This document shows, piece by piece, positions 28,822 through 38,859 of a stretch of 64,000 bases of DNA. The notes below the pieces were generated by a model. That model saw nothing but the letters and a program-made list of their open reading frames with translations, ran no database searches and was not told the DNA's origin. The stretch is taken from the IMG/VR virus record IMGVR_UViG_3300020430_000008, positions 64,001 through 128,000 of that record. One strand, written 5' to 3'. How positions within the stretch are numbered: position 1 is the stretch's first letter; each line of letters begins with the position of its first letter. This stretch comes from a virus. The position numbers and the translations under genes were made by a program.

Positions 28822-30210
28822 CTACTCCTTTGGATGATGAGCCAAGTAGTGATTAAGATCCTCGGGCGTCCCAAGACCCCACATTCTGTCAATGTGGAAT
28901 ACCTTAATCTTTTGGTTGTCCTCACAAGCCTGATTATAAACAGGGCAAACGTAAAACTCGTTATTGGTGCGAATGTCGCGCTCGATCATTTCCTCAGCGT
29001 ACTTGACATAATCAGAACCCTTACGGAAGTAGTAAACTCCAGCAGTAGCAATGTTGCTGATTGGGTTTTTCTCTGCAACCTCTGTGACAAACCCATCCTC
29101 GCCCAGCTTCGCAAAGCTCCACTTAGGGTGAGTTGCCTCGAAAGTGAGAATACCGCCATCGACCTCATCAGCCACCATAGAGTACATAAACTCGTTGCTA
29201 TCCCACTCAAAAACCTGATCGGAGTTTGAGATAACCAAAGGCTCATCGTTATTGATAAACTCCTTTGCCAACAACGTAGTACATGCTGCACCCTCAGTGA
29301 TGCCGTCTACTTGTACGATAACACACTCTGGTGAGATGAGGTTTAATAACTGTTGTAGGTTATACTTCTCGTAGTGTGATTTCTGTACGATGTAAATGTG
29401 ACGAGCCTCGATGTTTAGGTTCTCCGTCACCAGTTGAATCATTGGTTTGCCGTTAACATCGATAAGCGGCTTGGGGAAAGTATACCCCGCCTTCTCAAAT
29501 CGACTTCCAGCACCAGCCATTGGAATTAATACATTCATTTTGCCTCCTTGCCATGGTGTAATAATTTTTTGAGATTTAAAGTTATGCTCAATAGCACCCT
29601 TGACCTTTTCGTATGTCACATCGTCTGGGTTTCTCACAGCACACAAAGAAGCGCCTGAGCTTAGCGCAGCCTTGCGACCAATATGTGAGTCCTCAACGAT
29701 GAGGGTGTACTTGGGACCAATGCCAGCCTTAATCATGCACTTCAAGTACATCTCTGGGCTTGGCTTGGGATGCTTCACATCCTGATTGGAATAAATAAAC
29801 TCAATGTATTCCAGCAGACCCTTTTTAAGAAGCATCATCTTTACTGATTCTCTGATAGAGTTAGATGCACAGCAAATCCTGTGTCCGTCCTCTCTCAGCC
29901 TGCGCAGCACACTTCGCATACGCTCGTCATATTCCATTTCTTCTGAAATGATCTTGTACGTCATTTCTTGCTTACGCTTCCACACAGTGTTGTGCAGTTC
30001 CTTGGGCAAGCCCTTATTCTTTGTAAGCATGTTCAGCTTCTTTGACGTTGGCAATCCATCGTACGTTGACAGATGCTCTTGACGCTGCACGATGTACTTC
30101 TCATCGACTGTCGCAAGGGCACGGTTAAGCGCCTCATAGTGTAGCTCGCGAGCGTCAACAAGAACGCCGTCCAAATCAAAGATAACTAAGATTTCACTGT
30201 TATCTACCAT
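28822..30210 (-). CDS. HAD phosphatase fused to BcbE-like nucleotidyltransferase
   Basis: N-half FDLDGVL/KPSPEMY/EDS; C-half IPMAGAGSRF...PKPLI...EKNPIS...GLGTPEDL. Confidence 0.9.
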   Translation of the reverse strand: MVDNSEILVIFDLDGVLVDARELHYEALNRALATVDEKYIVQRQEHLSTYDGLPTSKKLNMLTKNKGLPKELHNTVWKRKQEMTYKIISEEMEYDERMRSVLRRLREDGHRICCASNSIRESVKMMLLKKGLLEYIEFIYSNQDVKHPKPSPEMYLKCMIKAGIGPKYTLIVEDSHIGRKAALSSGASLCAVRNPDDVTYEKVKGAIEHNFKSQKIITPWQGGKMNVLIPMAGAGSRFEKAGYTFPKPLIDVNGKPMIQLVTENLNIEARHIYIVQKSHYEKYNLQQLLNLISPECVIVQVDGITEGAACTTLLAKEFINNDEPLVISNSDQVFEWDSNEFMYSMVADEVDGGILTFEATHPKWSFAKLGEDGFVTEVAEKNPISNIATAGVYYFRKGSDYVKYAEEMIERDIRTNNEFYVCPVYNQACEDNQKIKVFHIDRMWGLGTPEDLNHYLAHHPKE

Positions 30211-30923
30211 TATTGTCTTCCTAAAAATATTTTTTCAAGCCTGTGATTCTCTCGGTAACCCGGATCATAACAGTACCCTTGTAGGGAAAGCTTCGACAAG
30301 TCGTAGCCCTCCAAGTTTAAAACCATTCCCCAAACGCGCTCCATGGCTTCTGACTGCCTCTTGGTCGTCGGGCGCACCTTGTCGAAGCCTGCCGCCTTAA
30401 GCTTGTCCAGAACGCTTCTCTTGCACATAATCATGGGACCAAACAGTGCAGCGAAACGCATACCCATTTCTGGTCTGTATGTAGTCTTGGACAGCAACTG
30501 ACTATTAGCCCAGTTGAGAGTTTCTGAAAATACGAAGCCATTGTCGCCGCTTGGGTGCTCTTGCGGTGTCCAGCCAAGACCATTCCACGAACGGAAGTAG
30601 CGAAGCGCAGTCACATCTGTCTCCATAAGATCAAGGATTCCGTCTTTAATCAGCATAGAATCATGAAGAAAATAATAAAAATCGTAATCAGGATACTTTT
30701 CGTAGGTATGCCAAATATTTCCAGTTGTGAGGCTTTGATTGCCGATGTCCTCAACTTTTGCGCCAAACTTTTCGACTTGCTCATAATATGATTTATCCTC
30801 CGATGCACTGTCAACAACATGAATAGGAGATTCAGGATGGTGCGCACGAATACTTTGCACGCACGGAATCACTACCGGGTTTGCCGGGTCGAATCTGCAA
30901 GTTATTGAAAAGAGATGCTTCAT
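30210..30923 (-). CDS. GT-A fold glycosyltransferase-like protein
   Basis: IHVVDSAS.D, YFLHDS, MERVWG. Confidence 0.6.
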   Translation of the reverse strand: MKHLFSITCRFDPANPVVIPCVQSIRAHHPESPIHVVDSASEDKSYYEQVEKFGAKVEDIGNQSLTTGNIWHTYEKYPDYDFYYFLHDSMLIKDGILDLMETDVTALRYFRSWNGLGWTPQEHPSGDNGFVFSETLNWANSQLLSKTTYRPEMGMRFAALFGPMIMCKRSVLDKLKAAGFDKVRPTTKRQSEAMERVWGMVLNLEGYDLSKLSLQGYCYDPGYRENHRLEKIFLGRQ

Positions 30924-31831
30924 TTGTATTCGGGTGGTGCCGTGACTTCGATCAATTTGTTATAAAGTGCAGTTGCCTTGTCAGGACCAACGTTCATGAT
31001 CTTAGTCAACATTGGGCGGTAGCGAGAACCATAAAATCCGTCGTTGCGCCATACACGCATAAGAATGCTGCCATCACGATCACGATAGATGCGCATCTGG
31101 TCTGGCATTCCGATACCCCAGCCGCGATTAGCACGACCAAGATCGTTGTCGTTATCCCACACATCGTTGACCTGTAGCTCATAACCGGCTCTGTTCGCCG
31201 TCAGACCCCACAGAGACTGCTCGTTCAAGCCCTGTTCCATCATTGGGTTCTGGATAGTCTCAGCGTCTTGTGACACCTCGTAGATGTCCTCAATAACCTG
31301 CTGGTATGGACCGCCGGCTTGCCAACCAAGGATAGCAGCAAACACTTGAAACTTACCTCGCTCTTCCTCGGTCATGTTGATGCCCTTCCAGTAGTTCTCG
31401 CTGGTACGCCAATCATTTCGCCAGCGCTGATCAGAAGAGAAGAAAAGACCGTCGCGCTTGATGACCTCAAAAACCTTGCCAACGTTAGTAAACGGTGCAA
31501 TCCCAGAATCAATCCACAGAATGTTCTTGCCGTAGTCTTGAGCGTGCCTCACAGCGCCACACTTCCACACATGATTGCGGCTTTGGCTTGTTTGCTCATC
31601 AGTCATGCAGTCGGTATAACCCTCGTACGGAACTTCGGGAAACTCAACCACCTGTGTCTTGGGGTAATCATTGATGATAGACTTTTCTTCATCAGTGAGC
31701 CCAAGATTGAAAACAATAATCTGATCCACAACGTCATCTGAGAACGTCAGGATGTGTTCAATCATCGTGCGACCGGAAATAAAATATTCGCCCGAATTGT
31801 TGAATGCTGTTGCAATAATATTTTCGTGCAT
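30920..31831 (-). CDS. GT-A fold glycosyltransferase-like protein
   Basis: Start at ATG 31831; FNLGL, WKC, LWIDSG, EQSL. Confidence 0.6.
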   Translation of the reverse strand: MHENIIATAFNNSGEYFISGRTMIEHILTFSDDVVDQIIVFNLGLTDEEKSIINDYPKTQVVEFPEVPYEGYTDCMTDEQTSQSRNHVWKCGAVRHAQDYGKNILWIDSGIAPFTNVGKVFEVIKRDGLFFSSDQRWRNDWRTSENYWKGINMTEEERGKFQVFAAILGWQAGGPYQQVIEDIYEVSQDAETIQNPMMEQGLNEQSLWGLTANRAGYELQVNDVWDNDNDLGRANRGWGIGMPDQMRIYRDRDGSILMRVWRNDGFYGSRYRPMLTKIMNVGPDKATALYNKLIEVTAPPEYK

Positions 31832-31832
31832 G

Positions 31833-32168
31833 TTACCCCTTGTATGCGCGGATAGAACTGATAAGTCCTTCCGAGTTAAATTCAATAATGTCAACAACCA
31901 GCAGCGGGTCTGACTCGGGAATCATAATCTCGATTTCTGCTGCAATCGTACGTGCATCTTCGTCGCAATGGAGCGCAATGATGCGTACAGCCAGAGCATC
32001 TACGTTATCAAATAACTGCTTGTTGGCATCTAGAACGACCATAGAGCCAACATAGGTGCCCTCCCAGTCGCGCAAATAAATGTTATTAGCGTACAACTCA
32101 CGCAACGCATCCAGATCGCCTTCGCTGAATGCCTGAAAGTACGCAACGGTCTGATTGTATAAATCCAT
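31833..32168 (-). CDS. SnoaL/NTF2-like protein
   Basis: YFQAFS..DLDAL..LY...VVDIIEF...G.I.SIRAY. Confidence 0.8.
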   Translation of the reverse strand: MDLYNQTVAYFQAFSEGDLDALRELYANNIYLRDWEGTYVGSMVVLDANKQLFDNVDALAVRIIALHCDEDARTIAAEIEIMIPESDPLLVVDIIEFNSEGLISSIRAYKG

Positions 32169-32169
32169 G

Positions 32170-33057
32170 TTAATACCTTTGACCCATTACGGTCTTGTTA
32201 TCGTCTTCCCTTGGCTCCTTTCGGTTTGGTCCGACGATGGAATGAAATAAGTGTACCACAAAAGCACCCGGTGTGTCAACAAAGGGAATATTTTGAATAC
32301 GTTGGGCTGCTTGTATGCCCCAGAAACTCAGATTCCAAGTGCGCTCTGGGTTTGAGCCTTTGAAATCAATCTCTGCAAAAGTCTTGCCATCCATATAGTG
32401 GCAGTTGAAATCAGAACGGATAGTGTGCGACACAAACCTAACCCTAGGGTCAGTAGGCTTCTCGCAAATGCGAAGAGATTTGCCTAAGTCTTCGGGATCG
32501 CCATGCCAAACATTCTCAAGATATCTAAATTCATTAGTACCAAGCGAATCAGAATAATCACTTCCAAAATACCAAGTCTCTTCACACCTTGGAGTAAAAC
32601 TTGCACGCATCAAATATCTCATAATCTCATCTTTCTCAATATATTCTTTTGCGTTTGCTGTGGGTGCGGTAAAAATAAACTGACTATTTTCGTCTGTTGA
32701 GTTGTCAATGATGCCAAGACCTTGCATGAAGTTTCGTGATACTCCGTAATCTGACTTGAGCATCAACACTCTGCTTGGCTTTACCTCGGCGCAGTGGCTA
32801 GTTAGATACAGCATATCCTGCCCAAGAGTCTTTCCATCGCTCTTGGGCAGGATCTCAATCTTATCAAAATGGTGTCGAAGCCTATATTTGTCGATGAGAC
32901 TGAGCAGTGTGTCATTGGATAGCTCATGTGGGTGCGTGTTGTAGATGTACATCACGTCAAACTTGTAATCGATGCTCTGGTTCGCCAAAGAGTCGAAACA
33001 AATATCAGCATGCCAATGATCTAATGTTGCATGTGTGTTGAAATAACAGATTCTCAA
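32170..33057 (-). CDS. Hypothetical protein, glycosyltransferase-like
   Basis: 295 aa within glycan cluster; LKSD and VVHLFH resemble GT-A positions. Confidence 0.45.
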   Translation of the reverse strand: MRICYFNTHATLDHWHADICFDSLANQSIDYKFDVMYIYNTHPHELSNDTLLSLIDKYRLRHHFDKIEILPKSDGKTLGQDMLYLTSHCAEVKPSRVLMLKSDYGVSRNFMQGLGIIDNSTDENSQFIFTAPTANAKEYIEKDEIMRYLMRASFTPRCEETWYFGSDYSDSLGTNEFRYLENVWHGDPEDLGKSLRICEKPTDPRVRFVSHTIRSDFNCHYMDGKTFAEIDFKGSNPERTWNLSFWGIQAAQRIQNIPFVDTPGAFVVHLFHSIVGPNRKEPREDDNKTVMGQRY

Positions 33058-33818
33058 AGTACCACCTCGTAGTAGTGTCCTTTAGGAGCGATAATCTTGT
33101 GGTCAAGCATTTCCTGAATCGTTCCCTCGTCAAGAGGAAGCTGGAATGAGCTACGTTCAGGGTGCAGGCGAGCGCGAAGGTCGAGGATGTTGGGGCGTTT
33201 ACCGCCCGTCATCGCAACACCATCCATAATGTGCATGACATAGCGACGGTCAGTTGCCATGATTTGATAGCCGTCATTCTTTGACCGCTCGATACCCTTG
33301 ACCTCATACTCCCAACAGTCTTCGCCGGGGATGAGGTACTTCATCAGGTAGTCCTTGTTCCAGATGTTAAAACGCAGAGCCAGCCTATAGCTTGCGTCTT
33401 GAGTTAATTCAATTATATCATATCTGCCACAGTTTTCAACTAAATTATTGCTGCGCTGTGAAGGACCGGGAGTCAAGTCAACACGACCGATAGTAGGGCT
33501 CAGTCGAGCAACCAAATCATCATATATCTCAGTGTCAAGAGGCTTCAAGAAAAACTCATTTTCCAGCATGTGAACAAAGTACTGATCCTCGATACCTTGA
33601 AAATAATCAATGTGATCGTTTGTCCAATACTTAAGACCGCGCTGTTCGCCAAGCGACACAAATTCATAGTTGTCTGGCAAATCAAAGTCGGGGTGATTGA
33701 ATCCAATGATCTTCACTTGCTGTTCTGGTGACCAGAACTTGTTTAACAGAAAACTGAATGGTCGCAGAATGTGCAGATAATCATTTGATGTAAAAACATA
33801 TACGTTAAGATTTGACAT
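33054..33818 (-). CDS. Glycosyltransferase-like protein
   Basis: Start at ATG 33818 after GGGGAG; KFW, W, LENEFF, IWNK, WEYE pattern. Confidence 0.55.
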   Translation of the reverse strand: MSNLNVYVFTSNDYLHILRPFSFLLNKFWSPEQQVKIIGFNHPDFDLPDNYEFVSLGEQRGLKYWTNDHIDYFQGIEDQYFVHMLENEFFLKPLDTEIYDDLVARLSPTIGRVDLTPGPSQRSNNLVENCGRYDIIELTQDASYRLALRFNIWNKDYLMKYLIPGEDCWEYEVKGIERSKNDGYQIMATDRRYVMHIMDGVAMTGGKRPNILDLRARLHPERSSFQLPLDEGTIQEMLDHKIIAPKGHYYEVVL

Positions 33819-33819
33819 G

Positions 33820-34638
33820 TCAAGCTCCCCTAATAAAATACGTGACGATAGAATTCTCAATCGGCTTAGCATGCCAGAATGCGCGCATGCCGTACTTCTC
33901 ACCTAAGCGACTGAGGCTGTCTTTACTGAAATAGTACAAATGCTCTGCTGGCTTGATATGCTTCCAATCGACACCTTCGTCCAAATAGTTCTGACACTCG
34001 ATATCATGAGTGCCAATGACAATAATACCCTTGGGAGAAAGTCGCTTAGTCATCTCATGCATAAGCACGTCAGGACGAGACACATGTTCAATAGTGTTGA
34101 AGCACATAATCACATCAAAGTCGCTTTCGCCGTAATCATTGATGTAGCCTTGAGAAAGCTGTACATTGTAACGTGCCATGCCTTCGTCAACATCTTGCTG
34201 GTTTGGGTCAATACCGAAAGCCTCGTAGCCCGCGTCCTCTGCAGCCTTGACCAAGAAGCCCATAGAACATCCGACATCAAGGAAGCGACCATTGTTCTTG
34301 AAACGAAGTGCGGGAGGCAGCAAGCCGTAGAAACTCTTTAGATATTGTATGCGCTCAGCAGAAATCATCTCGAACTCTTCAAAGCGCTCGTCGATACGCT
34401 TCTCTCCGATGCTGGTCTGGTACTCTCTCCAATAGTCACCTTCGTATTTGTCAACCCAGTGGTCGTTGGGTTGTGGAGGGTGAGTGGCAATAAAGCCGCA
34501 CTTCGAGCACTGCTTAATGTCAAGCTTTTGCTTACCACGACGAGACTTAGGCAAGCTCTCAAACTTATGTACTATTTTGCTGCGCTTAGCACCACAGAGC
34601 AAGCAGCCGCTGTTCTTTGTTCTATTCTTCATTGCCAT
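33820..34638 (-). CDS. Class I SAM-dependent methyltransferase with N-terminal Zn finger
   Basis: CLLC...CSKC; LDVGCSMG, GID, FDVI....IEHV, EHLYYF. Confidence 0.9.
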   Translation of the reverse strand: MAMKNRTKNSGCLLCGAKRSKIVHKFESLPKSRRGKQKLDIKQCSKCGFIATHPPQPNDHWVDKYEGDYWREYQTSIGEKRIDERFEEFEMISAERIQYLKSFYGLLPPALRFKNNGRFLDVGCSMGFLVKAAEDAGYEAFGIDPNQQDVDEGMARYNVQLSQGYINDYGESDFDVIMCFNTIEHVSRPDVLMHEMTKRLSPKGIIVIGTHDIECQNYLDEGVDWKHIKPAEHLYYFSKDSLSRLGEKYGMRAFWHAKPIENSIVTYFIRGA

Positions 34639-35536
34639 ACCAAGTGTTTTTTCCTTCCGTAATCGCTTCGTAGATTGTGTTCCACAAGTTATACTTTTCA
34701 AGAATCAGCTTTCTAGCTTCTGTCATGGCAGGAAGATGATCTTCAAAGTTGTCGTTTTCTAGAAGCTTAATAATGCGTTCTATTTCATTATGATCTCTAG
34801 CATCGAACGGAATGTAAGATCCCTCGGGAAAGAATTCATGAGTGTTTGAAATTCCGGGTGCAACATTGTAAACAGGCAGAGTCCAAGAAAGTAATGTATC
34901 TGTGAGTTGAGTTGCAAAGTAGTTTGGGTAAGTTCCATTGTCAAAAGCCAAGCAGTATTTATAGTTCTTTAGTGTATTATACTTGTCATCGTCTTTAATT
35001 TCAAGCACAAAATCAGATAATTCTGGTAATCTGCTGATGCGCCCAAACAGATCAAACTTGTCTCCGTGTTGTTGTTGAAAAGCCTTTACGAAATCAACGC
35101 GAGCGCGCATGCCGGGAAGCCATGTCTTCTCAGAAACTGTACACGACATATGCTTTGTTTTCTTCTGTGGCTTCAAGTTAAGTAAGTCGTCGTAAGTCTT
35201 TGTATAGCCCGAACGCTCACAATACCAAAACGTGGAGAAGTATGATTCGCCAGTCAAAAAGGAAAAGCGACGGATGCGGGGATCCATCGGACCCATGCCG
35301 CCACCGACACCGCGTGGTTCTCTGCTAAAATAGAAAGTCTTGCTTGGGTCAGGGGTCTTGACATCTGTAGCTTCTAGGATAATATAGTAGTCGGCATCCT
35401 CGATGTTTGGAGTGCCCTCCATATCTTTCCAGATGCCCTTGTTGCCGGGTGTTTGCCGTCGTGCGCGGTGCAGCAACTCGTTCTGATTCATGTTGTCCAT
35501 GCCCTTCGATGGCATGAAGTAAATCTTAAAACTCAT
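34622..35536 (-). CDS. GT10 (alpha-1,3-fucosyltransferase-like) protein, divergent motif
   Basis: EP, R..FV, DLFGR, K...L..YKYCLAFDN....NY.....D.LL..TLPVY. Confidence 0.7.
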   Translation of the reverse strand: MSFKIYFMPSKGMDNMNQNELLHRARRQTPGNKGIWKDMEGTPNIEDADYYIILEATDVKTPDPSKTFYFSREPRGVGGGMGPMDPRIRRFSFLTGESYFSTFWYCERSGYTKTYDDLLNLKPQKKTKHMSCTVSEKTWLPGMRARVDFVKAFQQQHGDKFDLFGRISRLPELSDFVLEIKDDDKYNTLKNYKYCLAFDNGTYPNYFATQLTDTLLSWTLPVYNVAPGISNTHEFFPEGSYIPFDARDHNEIERIIKLLENDNFEDHLPAMTEARKLILEKYNLWNTIYEAITEGKNTWYGNEE

Positions 35537-36306
35537 TTTGTTCCTCCGAAATGATAACCAAACGTTTCTAGTATATTATGCCAGCGTTTTTCGAGCAAAT
35601 ATTTTTGCAATGGTGTATACATCTCTCTATAATCTTCTTTGTTTGGGTTGATGTTTGCGTCCTTACTTGGTACGTCATCATATTCGATGTTATTCTTTTC
35701 GCACCACTTGATAATATCGACTTTTAAGTTTTCACACCTCAACACATTCTCAAGCTTAGGCACCAGTCTACCGTCTTTAGTGTACAATTGGGCGAATAGA
35801 TTCTGCTTCAATGGTGGTATATGCCATGTTGCCTCGTCATCCAGATATCGGTCAACGAACTCTGGGAATGTCTTTGTATTCATCAGCGTGTTGCAGTTAG
35901 CCCAGCCGCCGTATTTGACACTGTTTGCGGTCCAATCTTCATGAGCGCGAGGCTGATATCTCCAGTAAGAATAGAACAGGCTAAATGGGTTCCTGACTAT
36001 TGTGACGTATTCAACATTGTCGCTTTCCATGGAATAGATCGGCTTGTACACTCTATGGTATGCCATGTCTTTTAAGAAAGGCATATGCGAATATTTAGCC
36101 GCTTTTGGATTCCAACCATCAACCGTAAAGTTGTAAGGAAACGCATGTGCTAAATTTTCAACATGGCTTCCCAACATCTCGACACCACCTCTTGGACTTG
36201 GCACATGCATAGTGCTTCCACACTTCAACATGTTTTTAAAATAAGTGCCGCCTGTCTTGGGAACATGAATGAAAAGCCACTTCGGAACATTAATAATCAT
36301 ACTCAA
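35533..36306 (-). CDS. Sulfotransferase (Sulfotransfer_2-like)
   Basis: FIHVPKTGGT (5'-PSB), IVRNP....S (3'-PB), ENL, FGY.F. Confidence 0.85.
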   Translation of the reverse strand: MSMIINVPKWLFIHVPKTGGTYFKNMLKCGSTMHVPSPRGGVEMLGSHVENLAHAFPYNFTVDGWNPKAAKYSHMPFLKDMAYHRVYKPIYSMESDNVEYVTIVRNPFSLFYSYWRYQPRAHEDWTANSVKYGGWANCNTLMNTKTFPEFVDRYLDDEATWHIPPLKQNLFAQLYTKDGRLVPKLENVLRCENLKVDIIKWCEKNNIEYDDVPSKDANINPNKEDYREMYTPLQKYLLEKRWHNILETFGYHFGGTK

Positions 36307-37747
36307 ACATTTCGATATCTTTACGATACCTCTCCGCTACTTTGTCACGCAACTCGTCAGAGTAGTAATCCTTGTAGGCACGCTTTGTGCCGGAGTTCGA
36401 GGAAACGTTAATATTCTCAAGCTTATTATCAATATTAATATTGGCACAGATGTATGCCCACTCATCATCAATGTTTTCCAACTTTCCAATGTGGTTCACA
36501 ATCAACTGACCCCTGTGTGTGACGAAGGTATGCTGTGAGCGGAAATGGTCTTCCGCGATCTCGTCAGGTATATCACACACGGCATTAGCAAATTCTTCAA
36601 ACGTCATTGATTGATGAAACAAATCTCCGTAGTTTCTGACCAGAGCGCGGTGGACGCCATTCTCATAAAACTCGTTTGTCTCGCCAGATGAAAGAATCTT
36701 GTTTTTGTAGCAAGAAACAAGTCGATCCCATGGATTGCGAACTATTGCAAACTTTAGAAAATCCCATGTCTGGTCTGATAGCAGTAAATGCTTCGGGACG
36801 ATTGGCCAGTTTGCAGCGTGCATAGCCTCAAATGACTTGAGATCGTTGAACACGTTGTCCTTGGCAGCGTCACTGATACTTACATCGACACCAAAATGTG
36901 GTGCCAACGCCATCTTGAGACTGCTGCATGCAACCTTCGGTATATACGTGTACACAAATCGATTGTTAGGCGATACAATGCACGTAGATGGGTGAGAGTC
37001 CGTAGGCGATGTTAGCGTGGCATACGGAGGCTTCTGACGAATCTCTGTCTCGGTACGAACCTGTAAGCCATTGTCTATCTTATGATCGTTAAGTGGGTTA
37101 GACATGTTGTATACATACAGCGGGTCGGCAATGTGAACGCTGCGAGGACCAGCCATCTCAAGCATTGGAAACATGAATGCCAAATCCCACGCCATACGAT
37201 AGAAGTTTCCATCCTTATCTTGCAAATCCTCGACCTTGATTCTGCTCCACAAGTCGTACTTAAAGGTGCGCAAGTGAGATGCCTGCCATGGGGCTTGACG
37301 CAACAAGCGTTGAGAAATCCATTCTGGTGGGATTTGCTTGGCGAACTTGCCCTTCTTGCCGCTTGGGTACTCCGCATAGCTACCGTAGGTCATGCGACAA
37401 TCGCTGTTGCGGTACACCATGTCGAGAAATGTCAAGACATCACGTCGTGAGAACCAATCATCACCGTCAAGAGTTACAATAATATCTTCGGGGTCAGGAC
37501 TTGACAACGCAATACCATCATAAATATTCTTCAAAGCAAATGCTTTTTCCTGCACTTCAACAAAGGTAAAGCGAGGGTCGTTTCCGATTTCCTCGCGTAC
37601 AATGTTTACCGTGTTGTCTGTTGACATGTCATCCAGTAGGATGCATTGAAAATCTTTATAATCTTGCGCCTTGATAGAGCGAATGCAAATCTTGATCCAC
37701 TTCTCTACATTGTAGAACGGAACAATGATCTTGAAATGACTAGCCAT
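36290..37747 (-). CDS. GT2 glycosyltransferase fused to sulfotransferase
   Basis: N-half IVPFYN, DDMSTD, LDGDDW; C-half IPKVACSSLK, VRNPWDRLVS.Y, HF.SQ, IGKLE, D...F.Y. Confidence 0.9.
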   Translation of the reverse strand: MASHFKIIVPFYNVEKWIKICIRSIKAQDYKDFQCILLDDMSTDNTVNIVREEIGNDPRFTFVEVQEKAFALKNIYDGIALSSPDPEDIIVTLDGDDWFSRRDVLTFLDMVYRNSDCRMTYGSYAEYPSGKKGKFAKQIPPEWISQRLLRQAPWQASHLRTFKYDLWSRIKVEDLQDKDGNFYRMAWDLAFMFPMLEMAGPRSVHIADPLYVYNMSNPLNDHKIDNGLQVRTETEIRQKPPYATLTSPTDSHPSTCIVSPNNRFVYTYIPKVACSSLKMALAPHFGVDVSISDAAKDNVFNDLKSFEAMHAANWPIVPKHLLLSDQTWDFLKFAIVRNPWDRLVSCYKNKILSSGETNEFYENGVHRALVRNYGDLFHQSMTFEEFANAVCDIPDEIAEDHFRSQHTFVTHRGQLIVNHIGKLENIDDEWAYICANINIDNKLENINVSSNSGTKRAYKDYYSDELRDKVAERYRKDIEMFEYDY

Positions 37748-38588
37748 TAATAATATCCCTTACAATTTGTGGTATCTCTTCTCTCTTGTTACGCATAACT
37801 TCAATCAGTTCTTCGCCCTTAAGGTGAAACCATGGCTCTTTAGTAGCGCCGACGTTTTGATTTGTAACGACAGCCATGCCCATCATCCGTGCCTCGACAG
37901 CAATGCGCGAAAGCGTTTCAGGAGTCTGCGGGAAAAACACAAGTCTTTTATACGTCCCTAACTGTGAGAGAAAGTCATGATAATCGCTGGGTGGTATCAG
38001 CGCGTGTGGTAGGTTCTTGACCTTACAATACCTGACAGCGCCAATAGTGTTCTTATGCCAGTTGTCGCTTTGCATAATAGCACACATGTCAAGCTTCTCT
38101 TGCTTTGCCAAGCTGCTCATAAGCTCAAGACTGTCAGAAGACCACAGATTACCACCCAAGCTTTTAATAGTGTCGAGTCCAAGATTTTTACGAACAATGT
38201 TTGCATGAAAATCAGACTGACATAAGATAGCCTTTGCGTTTTGGTAGAACTTTTGATTGACCAGTTCTGACTCTGGTACTTCAAAGTTTTCATACTGCGC
38301 AGGGTTTCTGTTTCTTACATACTTGTGGTCGTGCTCGTAAATGATGTAGTTAGCACGCTCAGTGAGAAAAGTGTAGCTCTGGTAAGATAGCTCAAGAAAG
38401 TTTGAAATGATGTAAAAATCTACCAACTCATTTTGAATTGCAGCAGGGTCAAGGTTTCTGCTCTTGACCTTCATCACCGTGTAATCTGCAGATAAAAGTT
38501 TAATAAGTTCGTCATTGTTGACTTCCCCACCACCGGGGATTTCATCTGCAAAATAATCAGCTACGAACGCTATCGTCTTTTTGCTCAC
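37740..38588 (-). CDS. GT-B fold glycosyltransferase
   Basis: Likely GTG start 38588; GGGE, HDH, K...G, PETLSRIAVEARMMG. Confidence 0.75.
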   Translation of the reverse strand: MSKKTIAFVADYFADEIPGGGEVNNDELIKLLSADYTVMKVKSRNLDPAAIQNELVDFYIISNFLELSYQSYTFLTERANYIIYEHDHKYVRNRNPAQYENFEVPESELVNQKFYQNAKAILCQSDFHANIVRKNLGLDTIKSLGGNLWSSDSLELMSSLAKQEKLDMCAIMQSDNWHKNTIGAVRYCKVKNLPHALIPPSDYHDFLSQLGTYKRLVFFPQTPETLSRIAVEARMMGMAVVTNQNVGATKEPWFHLKGEELIEVMRNKREEIPQIVRDIING

Positions 38589-38859
38589 GCTTCTTTTTCT
38601 CCGTTTTCTTTCTTTCTTCAAACTCTTGTTTAGACTCAAGATAATCTTCTGCAAAAGTCATAACATCTCCGTGTTTATTTCGCAACACACCATAGTTGAT
38701 ATAATCACCAAAATATGTGTGCTGTTTTACACTCTGAACAACGCCCCAGCCAGCATCGCGACCAAGAAAGCCATCGGCATATGCCTCATACCATCTTACA
38801 AAATCACCAACTTTGAATTTTGCAGATACTTTTGGGGTGGCTTTATTCGTGTTCTTCAA
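38557..38859 (-). CDS. Hypothetical protein, SH3/KOW-like
   Basis: FKVGDFVRW...WGVV pattern. Confidence 0.5.
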   Translation of the reverse strand: MKNTNKATPKVSAKFKVGDFVRWYEAYADGFLGRDAGWGVVQSVKQHTYFGDYINYGVLRNKHGDVMTFAEDYLESKQEFEERKKTEKKKREQKDDSVRS

